Of a stretch of 64,000 bases of DNA, positions 37,370-46,273 are shown one piece after another; the stretch's first letter is position 1, and the number at the start of each line of letters is the position of its first letter. This stretch comes from a virus. The stretch lies in IMG/VR virus record IMGVR_UViG_3300042894_003945, positions 32,001-96,000 of that record. One strand, 5' to 3'. A model generated the notes under the pieces. The model had not been told where the DNA came from. It saw only the letters and a program-made list of their open reading frames with translations, and did no database searches. A program made the position numbers and the translations under genes.

Positions 37370-40300
37370 TATTTTTTGTTTTTTATAAGTTCGTGTAATT
37401 CTTTTATAGCCTCTATCAAAACAGGTATTAATCTTTCGTATTTTACAGTTAAGTAATCTTCCCCTGATTTAGAACCTCCGTTATCATCCATATCAAATGG
37501 GGCTCTTTCAATAGCTTCCGGAAACTCTTTTTGTATTTCTTGTGCTATCAATCCTAATTTTTGCTTTGCATCGGTAGCCGCTTTTAATTGCAAAGCTAAT
37601 TCATTTGGTTCATAGTAATAGCCCCCTAGCCTGCTTATTTTTTCTAAAGCACTTTCTATAGGTCTTACATTAGTTTTTAATCTTTTATCAGAGTAATATG
37701 CTATCACATCTCCACCAAAATACCCAGTTCCCAAACTTTGAATATCTCCAGTATTGTATATTTTACCAGTTACATGAAGAGGGTATGAAGGGTTAGTTGT
37801 CTTTATACCTACATTACCGTTATTGTATATAGTTATTGGGTCGTTATTATAACTTGGTATAGGTCTACATTTAAAACCAGTCATGTACAGAACATCTGTA
37901 CCTGTTGTGTAGTTAGCAATGAAACCAACACTTATGTACCTACCTGACGGGCTATGGTCTTTTGATCCTCCGTATGGACCAACTACAAATTTATATTTAT
38001 ACCAAGTTCCTACTGTTAAAGTTGATTGATCAACAGAAAAAGGATAATGCCAATCTGTACCGTCACCAGAAATAACATTTCCACTACTATCGTAATTAGA
38101 AACTACCATATATGTAGTTGCTGCACTCACTGCTGTTTGTCTTTTAAGCCAAAATTCTACTTCATAGTTTTGAGTTTTATCAAGACGTATTTTAGGTCCT
38201 CTAGTCCAAACGTAAGAAGATACCGATATTACTTCCGTGCCTACGGGAGATGTAGTATCTGTAGTATATGTTATGCTAGACTCGCTTCCTTGAGTGAAAA
38301 TACTCCACCCTCTTAAGAAAGTGCCTCCATAATATCTTGAATCAATATCTTGAGCCTCGTCATGCATTCCTATAGCACCTGCTACATCTAATGCATAAGA
38401 TGGACTTAGGGTATTTATACCTGCTCTATTATTGGTTCCATCTAATGCTAAAACTATATCACTATTACTACCTCCGGCAGCAAAAAAATATAGATTATTT
38501 CCGTTAGCTTGAATATAGCTAGTTGTTGAGGTATTTGATAATGCTAAATCTGTATAAGATAAAGAAGATTGTGCTCTAATAACAGAACCGGCTCCAGTTA
38601 TATCTAATTTAAAAGTAGGAGAAGTATTTCCAATACCTACAAGATCTCCAGAAACAGTTACAGTTTCTGAATTATTAGAATATAAATGGAGTTTACTTCC
38701 TACTCCACTTTGATATCCTATGTACATGTCTTTATCAATACCGCTTAAAGAATTTCTAAGCACTCTAAAATTTGCATATTGATCTGCTGTTGCTAAGTCT
38801 ATTCCTTCTTCTCCTGCTGTGCCACCAATTACTAATTTAGCAGTTGTAGGATTAACGTTTCTTATACCAACATTTGCTGCTACAGGATTTAAAGATATGT
38901 TTCTATACGCAGCACTATCTCCTGCCTGTAAAGAAGCATATTGAGATCCACTAATAAATGTCATATATAAATAACCATTATTAGCATTGTTAGCTTGAAT
39001 ACGAATACCGGTGGCAAAAGATTCTCCATCTGTTCTGACATTTAATACAACACCAGTAGTTCCAGCTACATCTAATTTACCAAGTGTAGAAGTTGTACCT
39101 ATGCCTACATTTCCTAAGATGTAGTAAGCATCTGCGCCGTTTCTTGCAAAGTTGTGAGCATTGGTATTTGATATAGTAGCTGTTACGTTGGCAAAGGCGC
39201 TTGCTTCAAATCCTACTGCCCAAGTACCATTTGCCCAAGTTGTTGACAATCCAGAATATCCTATTCCTACTTCATCAATAAATACTTGTGGATAACTCCA
39301 TGTACTTGCTAGTTCTCCTATGTACACAACCATATTAGTTCCGTCATATCCAAAACGAACAGTATAGTTTCTATCTACTCCTGCGTCTCCTTCTATATAT
39401 GCAAAAGTATTAACCCAAGAAGGACTAGGAGCATAATTATATCCTCCAAAATGAACTGTAAATGAAGTATTTGAATTGTAATCATAAACTCTAGCTTTTA
39501 CAGTATGCATTGTATTAGTATATCCAACTGGATATGTAATTTTTATTGCGCCTGTAACTACACTAGTTGCAGTATTATAATATCCACCTCTAGGTTTAAC
39601 TATACGAAATGGAGCTGTAGAATCTACAATGGTATAGTCGGTAGCTACTGTTCCTGCAACATCAAGTTTGTATGTAGGAGTTGTATAACCAATACCAACA
39701 TTACCTGCGTTTGTAGCAAACATAACTGGTGTTGTACCAGAGTTGCTGTCAAGACGAAGAACATATTTATCGTTACCCGTATCAGTGGTACGAATTGCTA
39801 CTCCATATCCATCCGCATTCAAACTATTAAAAAATGCAATAGCGTTACCCCCAGCGTCTTTTTCTACGTGTAATGGATTGCCTGGACTTGTAGTACCTAT
39901 ACCAACATTTGTACCGTTATCAAATATTTGACTAATTCCTAAAGTAGTTGCATTAGTAAATTTAGACACATAATTAGTAGTACCACCACTTATAGTTCCA
40001 GCTCCAGATGTACCTGATGAGCCACTAGTACCAGAACTGCCAGAAGTTCCTGAAGATCCACTGCTTCCTGTTGATCCAGAAGAGCCAGAAGATCCTCTAG
40101 ATCCTGAAGATCCTGAAGATCCTGTACTACCTGAGCTACCGCTAGTACCTGTAGAGCCAGATGAGCCAGTAGATCCGCTTGTTCCTGTAGAACCTGATGA
40201 GCCTGATGAACCTGTACTTCCTGAACTACCTGAGGTACCCGTACTACCACTGCTACCAGACGTTCCAGTAGACCCTGAGCTGCCACTAGTGCCAGTAGAG

Positions 40301-43300
40301 CCGGAGGAGCCGCTAGTTCCTGTGGAGCCAGATGAGCCTGTACTACCAGAAGTACCAGTAGAACCACTAGTACCCGTAGAGCCACTAGACCCTGCTGATC
40401 CGCTACTTCCTGAAGTTCCTGTTGATCCTGATGTGCCAGTAGATCCTGAACTTCCTGTGCTTCCTGAAGAACCAGAGGTACCAGTAGAGCCGCTTGTACC
40501 AGTTGAACCGCTAGAACCTGCTGATCCGCTAGTGCCTGTACTACCAGATGTTCCTGTTGAACCAGACGTACCTGTACTGCCACTAGTACCAGTAGATCCT
40601 GATGTCCCAGTTGAGCCTGATGAACCAGAAGAGCCCGATGTACCTGAGGTACCTGATGTATTTGTAGTAGACGACCTGAAGAAGAACTGCCCACTACCTG
40701 TGTCTACTACAACGTAGTTAAGAAGTGCGTTAGAAGTTAATCCTACGCTTAAAGATCCCGTTACAGACACGCTGCCACTGATATCAAGTAGACTGTTTAT
40801 TCCAGTTTCTTTGCCTATTCCTATTCTTGATTGGGACACATACAAAACCCTTTGTCCAAACTGCCCTATTCTAACTGTATTATCAGAAAACGCTTCTATT
40901 ATTGGAAGCCCTGCTGCTGTATTTACTGAAAATAGTGACCCAGAAAGAGAATCATCTATTTGGAAAAGTCTTCCAGAAATACCATCTACTGCAAATACAT
41001 TCGACCCAGTGCCTCTTATTGCTACAGACCCTGTAAATTGATGGATATCTGCTGCACTATCTCCAAAAATATTACTTCCACTACTATAAATTATAGAGGA
41101 AGATACGGTCTGAACTACTAAGGTATTCGCTGTAATATTTCCCGTTGCTATTAAGCCACCATTAAGACTTAATGTAGAACCATCAAATGTTAAATTTGCT
41201 TCTGCGTTAGCAGTATTTGTAGTTCCTAAAGAAGTTAATATCCTATTATCTACAGGATTAGTTATAGTATTGAACCCAGTTCCTGAAGTGCCAGAAGATC
41301 CACTTGTACCACTTGAACCAGACGTTCCTGTACTACCTGATGAACCAGAAGTTCCCGTAGATCCACTACTTCCACTTGTACCAGTGCTTCCAGAACTGCC
41401 AGATGTGCCTGTACTTCCGCTAGAACCACTAGTACCAGTAGAACCTGATGAACCGCTTGTACCTGTGCTACCACTAGACCCACTAGTACCAGTAGATCCT
41501 GATGAACCGCTTGTGCCAGTTGAACCGCTAGTACCTGTAGATCCACTAGAACCAGAAGATCCAGATGTTCCTGTGCTACCAGACGTACCAGTTGAACCAC
41601 TAGATCCTGTGCTGCCTGAAGAGCCTGATGACCCGCTAGTACCTGTAGATCCGCTTGTACCAGTACTACCACTAGACCCTGAAGAGCCTCTACTACCTGA
41701 GGAACCGCTTGATCCTGATGTTCCAGAAGAACCTGATGATCCGCTAGTCCCATTTGCTCCACTTGTACCACTAGACCCTGAAGTTCCTGATGAACCTGAT
41801 GAGCCAGATGTACCTGTGCTACCTGATGAGCCAGAAGAACCCGAACTACCACTAGTGCCAGTCGATCCGCTAGTACCACTACTACCGCTTGATCCTGATG
41901 TGCCTGATGATCCAGATGTACCTGAAGAACCTGTTGAACCAGACGTACCAGTACTACCGCTAGTACCAGTAGATCCAGATGATCCACTACTACCGCTTGT
42001 ACCAGTTGAACCAGATGTGCCTGTTGATCCGCTTGATCCACTCGATCCTGTACTACCTGAAGAACCTGATGATCCTCTACTACCAGAAGATCCTGAAGAA
42101 CCACTTGTACCTGAAGAGCCTGATGTGCCTGTGGAACCACTAGATCCAGATGAACCAGATGAACCGTTTGCTCCAGATGAACCAGAAGAACCACTTGTAC
42201 CAGTAGAACCTGATGAACCAGTAGAACCTGATGATCCCGTGCTGCCGGAACTACCTGATGATCCCGTGCTGCCGGAACTACCAGAAGATCCCGTTGAGCC
42301 AGAAGATCCAGATGTGCCAGTTGATCCAGATGAACCAGAAGTGCCTGTGGAACCACTAGATCCAGAAGTTCCAGTGCTTCCACTACTTCCAGAGCTTCCT
42401 GATGATCCAGAAGTACCAGAGGAACCGTCAGCTCCATTAGCCCTATAAAATACATTACCCGCCTGATCTACTACTAAAAACAGATTTGCGCTAGCACTTA
42501 TTGGTATATTTCTTAAGCTTAAAGAGCCTGTAATTCTAACGCTACCTGTAAACGTGTGGGTATCTAGAATGCTATCTCCAAATATGTTACTGCCACTGCT
42601 ATAAACTACTGATGAGCTTACAGTCTGGACAACTAAAGTTCTTGCAGTTATATCCCCAGTAGCTGTTAAATTACCAGTTAAATTTAATGTAGAGCCATCA
42701 AAAGTTAAATTTGCCTCTGCATTTGCAGTATTAGTTGTACCAAGAGAAGTTAATATTCTATTGTCTGCTGGATTCGTTATTGTATTAAATCCGGTTCCTG
42801 AAGTTCCTGATGAGCCCGAACTACCTGACGATCCACTAGTACCGGTGCTTCCGCTAGATCCACTAGTACCAGTAGAACCTGATGAGCCAGAGGATCCTGT
42901 AGAGCCTGAACTACCCGATGTTCCAGTACTTCCACTAGATCCACTAGTTCCAGTTGATCCTGATGATCCACTAGATCCAGAAGTTCCAGATGAACCAGAA
43001 GATCCAGAAGTTCCACCAGACCCACTACTTCCAGATGTGCCAGTACTACCAGATGTTCCTGTAGAACCTGATGAGCCAGATGTTCCTGAAGTGCCACTTG
43101 AACCTGAGGAACCTGAAGTTCCTGCGGATCCAGATGTACCTGAAGTTCCTGTACTTCCGCTAGACCCGCTTGTACCTGTTGATCCTGATGAGCCACTAGA
43201 ACCGGATGTACCAGCAGATCCGGAAGATCCTGTTGATCCAGATGACCCGCTTGTACCTGTTGAGCCGGAAGATCCTGCTGTACCAGTAGAACCACTAGAA

Positions 43301-45966
43301 CCAGACGTTCCTGTACTTCCACTAGAACCTGAAGTACCTGTTGAACCAGAGCTTCCCGATGTTCCTGTTGAACCACTAGACCCAGAACTGCCTGAAGAAC
43401 CGCTGGTTCCGCTAGTTCCTGAAGTACTTCCTACAGCTACTCCAACTTGTTTAGCATTTATTATAAGTGACGGTGCTAAAGGAATTAGAGGGCTAGTTTG
43501 GGCCCCAAGGGTAGTAACTTGTACATGATCACTTGGTGCAGAAAATACAAATTCTACATACTCATTAGCAACGCTAGAGGTTACTATATAGGACACGTAA
43601 GGAAGCTGGTAAGAGCTATTGGCTACTAATGATATGGTAGAGTTGCTACCAGACACATTAATTCCATTTTGTCTCATCCATATGCTAACATCTACTTGAG
43701 AACCTCCCTGAGTTTTTTGTATTTGCCCAGAATAAGCTACTTCGTATATTCCTGGATAAGCAAATGTAATTCTTGAGCCTCCTTGTACAGTAATACCATA
43801 AGAATATACTGTATTATTGTATGTCCATACTGTAGGAGTGTTAGATGCGCTAACATTCTGAGTAGTAGTATCTATAAAACTTCCTACCCAGTTTGCTATA
43901 CCGGCCCCACTAGATCCAGGAGCTCCATTTATTCCAGAGGTACCTGATGATCCACTTGAACCAGATGACCCTGAACTGCCACTAGTACCAGAAGTACCTG
44001 TTGAGCCAGAAGAGCCGCTTGAGCCTGAAGATCCTGATGAACCTGTGCTACCGCTAGATCCACTTGTGCCTGTAGATCCAGAACTACCGCTTGTACCTGT
44101 ACTGCCACTTGATCCACTTGTACCAGTTGATCCTGATGAACCAGTAGAACCACTAGATCCAGTTGAACCAGAGCTACCAGAGGTGCCTGTGGAACCGCTA
44201 GTCCCAGATGTACCTGAAGATCCAGAGCTGCCAGAAGATCCTGATGTGCCACTTGACCCTGTAGATCCACTGCTACCTGAAGAACCTGTTGAACCAGACG
44301 TACCAGTACTACCAGATGTGCCAGTAGACCCTGATGAACCACTAGATCCAGTTGAGCCACTAGATCCGCTTGTACCTGTGCTACCACTAGATCCACTTGT
44401 TCCAGTACTACCAGAGGAGCCAGAGCTACCGGAACTTCCGCTTGATCCTGAAGAACCTGTTGAACCGCTAGACCCTGTTGATCCTGATGATCCACTTGAA
44501 CCAGATGAACCAGAGCTACCAGATGTACCACTAGTTCCAGAGGTAGCAGTTGTAAATGAAGTACCGTTTATTATTAAAGATCCAGATATATTTACACTAC
44601 CTGTAAACTCGTGAGTATTCTCTACAACCGTACCAAAATGTGTTGATCCAGTTACAAACTCTACACTAGAAGTAATAGTCTGTACTACTATTGTTTGAGC
44701 AGTCAAAGTTCCTCTAACTATAAAGTTATCGGCAGATGATGCTGTTAATGCTAAAGATGCAGTTTGTATACTATCAAACCCATAAGGACCATACACATTT
44801 GACGAACTTACAAAAGAAGCAGTAGCTACTACGGAAGGAACTAATGCTGAAGAAGCTGTGTAATATAGCTGTCCTGTTGAACTGTCAACTAATACTACAT
44901 TATTCTGTGGAGATTGTGTCAGTCCTGGGAAAAAGACAGAAGTTGACGATCTTAAACTTCCAGAAATAGTTGCAGATCCTGATACATTTAACAGGCCAGA
45001 CAAATAATTTGATACTCCGTAGTAATTTTTAACTTTAGCAGTTGGATCTCCAATATTATATAATGCATCTCCTATAGGTAAAAAATGTCCAGTTCCTAAA
45101 GCATTATATGTGCCCGAAATTAACCATCTATTAGCACTGCTTGTACCAAGATGTATCTGCCCTCCTGGGCCAAATGCACTTAAAGTCAAATCTCTACTGC
45201 CACCACCATCGCCTGATGCTTGTATAACAGTTGAGTAAGGGCTTCCTCCAGCAAAAACTGATAATTTTTGATATCCAGCGTCCCCCGGATTATTTACAAC
45301 AAATATATCTATGTTTCCATTTCCGCTTGCAGGGTTTTTTAAATTTTGAACATGTAGAGTTGTTAACCTTGATGAGCCAGTTGCATCTATAGTGTAATTT
45401 GAACTAGAGCCTGATATTACAAGGCTGCCTGTTATTTTAAATATACCACTTGATGTATCGTAAAAAAGATTTGCGGAAGCTATAGCTCTATTAGTACTTC
45501 CATCCGATAATAAAACTCTCCCTTGTAGTGGGTTTATTACTGTTTCAAATCCTGTGCCTGATGTACCACTAGTTCCAGAAGAACCTGCTGTGCCTGATGT
45601 ACCGCTAGATCCGTTAGCTCCAGAAGATCCTACGCCTCCTGATAAAGTGTATTGAAATTGTCCTGTTGTCGGATTTACTACGACAAAATAGGAAGCACTT
45701 GAAGTAAGAGGGAGGTAGTTATTATAAATAGCCCCTGATACGTTTAGAGATCCTGTAATAGTTTGATCTCCCCTAAAAATATTAGATCCAGTAGTAGCTA
45801 AAGATGCAGATTTAGAAGAAAATATAGGATCATTTTCTGGGAAAGAACCTGAAAACGAACCAGTAAAAGATCCTGAAATAGACCCTGCAATTATAGTATC
45901 GTATACCGTTATTGTATTAAATGTAGCATTCGAACCTTCCCTAGGTATCTGGATCCATGTCGCCAT
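37369..45966 (-). CDS. Giant collagen-like tail fibre, 2865 aa, with C-terminal intramolecular chaperone (peptidase S74)
   Basis: Four long Gly-X-Y blocks (~43905-44540, 42792-43425, 41275-42440, 40000-40660); BclA-C/C1q-like domain (~43440-43900); GNVGIGT repeats; terminal YSDKRLKTN...GLIAQEI...YERLIPVLIEAIKEL. Confidence 0.85.
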   Translation of the reverse strand: MATWIQIPREGSNATFNTITVYDTIIAGSISGSFTGSFSGSFPENDPIFSSKSASLATTGSNIFRGDQTITGSLNVSGAIYNNYLPLTSSASYFVVVNPTTGQFQYTLSGGVGSSGANGSSGTSGTAGSSGTSGTSGTGFETVINPLQGRVLLSDGSTNRAIASANLFYDTSSGIFKITGSLVISGSSSNYTIDATGSSRLTTLHVQNLKNPASGNGNIDIFVVNNPGDAGYQKLSVFAGGSPYSTVIQASGDGGGSRDLTLSAFGPGGQIHLGTSSANRWLISGTYNALGTGHFLPIGDALYNIGDPTAKVKNYYGVSNYLSGLLNVSGSATISGSLRSSTSVFFPGLTQSPQNNVVLVDSSTGQLYYTASSALVPSVVATASFVSSSNVYGPYGFDSIQTASLALTASSADNFIVRGTLTAQTIVVQTITSSVEFVTGSTHFGTVVENTHEFTGSVNISGSLIINGTSFTTATSGTSGTSGSSGSSGSSGSSGSTGSSGSTGSSGSSGSSGSSGSSGSTGTSGSSGSTGTSGSSGSTGSSGSSGSTGTSGSTGTSGSTGSSGSSGSTGSSGTSGSSGSSGSSGTSGTSGSTGTSGSSGSTGSSGSTGSSGSTGTSGSSGSTGTSGSSGSTGTSGSSGSTGSSGSSGSSGSSGSTGTSGTSGSSGSSGSSGSSGTSGINGAPGSSGAGIANWVGSFIDTTTQNVSASNTPTVWTYNNTVYSYGITVQGGSRITFAYPGIYEVAYSGQIQKTQGGSQVDVSIWMRQNGINVSGSNSTISLVANSSYQLPYVSYIVTSSVANEYVEFVFSAPSDHVQVTTLGAQTSPLIPLAPSLIINAKQVGVAVGSTSGTSGTSGSSGSSGSSGSTGTSGSSGSTGTSGSSGSTGTSGSSGSTGTAGSSGSTGTSGSSGSTGSSGSAGTSGSSGSSGSTGTSGSSGSTGTSGTSGSAGTSGSSGSSGTSGTSGSSGSTGTSGSTGTSGSSGSGGTSGSSGSSGTSGSSGSSGSTGTSGSSGSTGTSGSSGSTGSSGSSGSTGTSGSSGSTGTSGSSGSSGSSGTSGTGFNTITNPADNRILTSLGTTNTANAEANLTFDGSTLNLTGNLTATGDITARTLVVQTVSSSVVYSSGSNIFGDSILDTHTFTGSVRITGSLSLRNIPISASANLFLVVDQAGNVFYRANGADGSSGTSGSSGSSGSSGSTGTSGSSGSTGTSGSSGSTGTSGSSGSTGSSGSSGSTGSSGSSGSTGSSGSTGSSGSTGTSGSSGSSGANGSSGSSGSSGSTGTSGSSGTSGSSGSSGSRGSSGSSGSTGSSGSSGSTGTSGSTGTSGSSGSSGSTGTSGSTGTSGSTGSSGTSGSSGTSGSSGSSGTSGSTGTSGSSGSSGSSGSTGTSGSSGSSGTSGSSGTSGANGTSGSSGSSGTSGSSGSSGSRGSSGSSGSTGTSGSTGTSGSSGSSGSTGSSGSTGTSGSTGTSGSSGSSGSTGTSGSTGTSGSSGSTGTSGSSGSTGTSGSSGSTGTSGSSGSTGTSGSSGSTGTSGSSGSTGTSGSSGSTGTSGSSGTSGSSGTSGTGFNTITNPVDNRILTSLGTTNTANAEANLTFDGSTLSLNGGLIATGNITANTLVVQTVSSSIIYSSGSNIFGDSAADIHQFTGSVAIRGTGSNVFAVDGISGRLFQIDDSLSGSLFSVNTAAGLPIIEAFSDNTVRIGQFGQRVLYVSQSRIGIGKETGINSLLDISGSVSVTGSLSVGLTSNALLNYVVVDTGSGQFFFRSSTTNTSGTSGTSGSSGSSGSTGTSGSTGTSGSTGTSGSTGTSGSTGTSGSAGSSGSTGTSGSTGTSGSSGSTGSSGSTGTSGSTGTSGSSGSAGSSGSTGTSGSTGTSGSTGSSGSTGTSGSSGSTGTSGSSGSTGTSGSSGSTGTSGSSGSTGSSGSSGSTGTSGSTGSSGSTGTSGSSGSTGSSGSSGSRGSSGSSGSTGSSGSSGTSGSSGTSGSSGTSGAGTISGGTTNYVSKFTNATTLGISQIFDNGTNVGIGTTSPGNPLHVEKDAGGNAIAFFNSLNADGYGVAIRTTDTGNDKYVLRLDSNSGTTPVMFATNAGNVGIGYTTPTYKLDVAGTVATDYTIVDSTAPFRIVKPRGGYYNTATSVVTGAIKITYPVGYTNTMHTVKARVYDYNSNTSFTVHFGGYNYAPSPSWVNTFAYIEGDAGVDRNYTVRFGYDGTNMVVYIGELASTWSYPQVFIDEVGIGYSGLSTTWANGTWAVGFEASAFANVTATISNTNAHNFARNGADAYYILGNVGIGTTSTLGKLDVAGTTGVVLNVRTDGESFATGIRIQANNANNGYLYMTFISGSQYASLQAGDSAAYRNISLNPVAANVGIRNVNPTTAKLVIGGTAGEEGIDLATADQYANFRVLRNSLSGIDKDMYIGYQSGVGSKLHLYSNNSETVTVSGDLVGIGNTSPTFKLDITGAGSVIRAQSSLSYTDLALSNTSTTSYIQANGNNLYFFAAGGSNSDIVLALDGTNNRAGINTLSPSYALDVAGAIGMHDEAQDIDSRYYGGTFLRGWSIFTQGSESSITYTTDTTSPVGTEVISVSSYVWTRGPKIRLDKTQNYEVEFWLKRQTAVSAATTYMVVSNYDSSGNVISGDGTDWHYPFSVDQSTLTVGTWYKYKFVVGPYGGSKDHSPSGRYISVGFIANYTTGTDVLYMTGFKCRPIPSYNNDPITIYNNGNVGIKTTNPSYPLHVTGKIYNTGDIQSLGTGYFGGDVIAYYSDKRLKTNVRPIESALEKISRLGGYYYEPNELALQLKAATDAKQKLGLIAQEIQKEFPEAIERAPFDMDDNGGSKSGEDYLTVKYERLIPVLIEAIKELHELIKNKK

Positions 45967-46020
45967 CTAAGCTTTTGATTTTTATTATAAACTACCGTTA
46001 AATATAAATATCAACAAGCC

Positions 46021-46272
46021 TTAAAAAGACTCATCTCCCAGATCTACTGTTGCATTACTTCCTGTGTCTGCGAAAGTTCCTAGACCCTGTATAAATACAG
46101 ATCCGCTGTATCCTGCTGTAGACGCAACCACATGTTGAGAGCCGCTTACTACTATGGCAGGTATAGAAGAGGTCTGGACAAATGTTGTTTGTCCAAAAAC
46201 TGTCAATGATCCTGTCAATACAAAATTTCCTGATAGTTCTTTACTTATTTGCTTAGATCTAATTAATGCCAT
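46021..46272 (-). CDS. Small virion protein rich in [ST]GS
   Basis: Likely start MALIRSKQI at 46272; four [ST]GS motifs in ~83 aa. Confidence 0.6.
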   Translation of the reverse strand: MALIRSKQISKELSGNFVLTGSLTVFGQTTFVQTSSIPAIVVSGSQHVVASTAGYSGSVFIQGLGTFADTGSNATVDLGDESF

Positions 46273-46273
46273 T

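Noticed and set aside
10073-44540. CRISPR array or assembly artefact as the source of the repeats
   Set aside because: No constant repeat with unique spacers; the repeats are in-frame, coding and codon-diversified. Local misassembly of the short exact duplicates cannot be excluded without reads.
10158-44614. Long plus-strand Pro-rich ORFs (PEVPLVP...) and alternative minus-frame ORFs (LVHQVLQ...) over the fibre genes
   Set aside because: They are shadows of the Gly-X-Y repeats: GGN codons give antisense CCN at every third codon and few stops. They coincide with the repeat blocks and lack independent expression signals.
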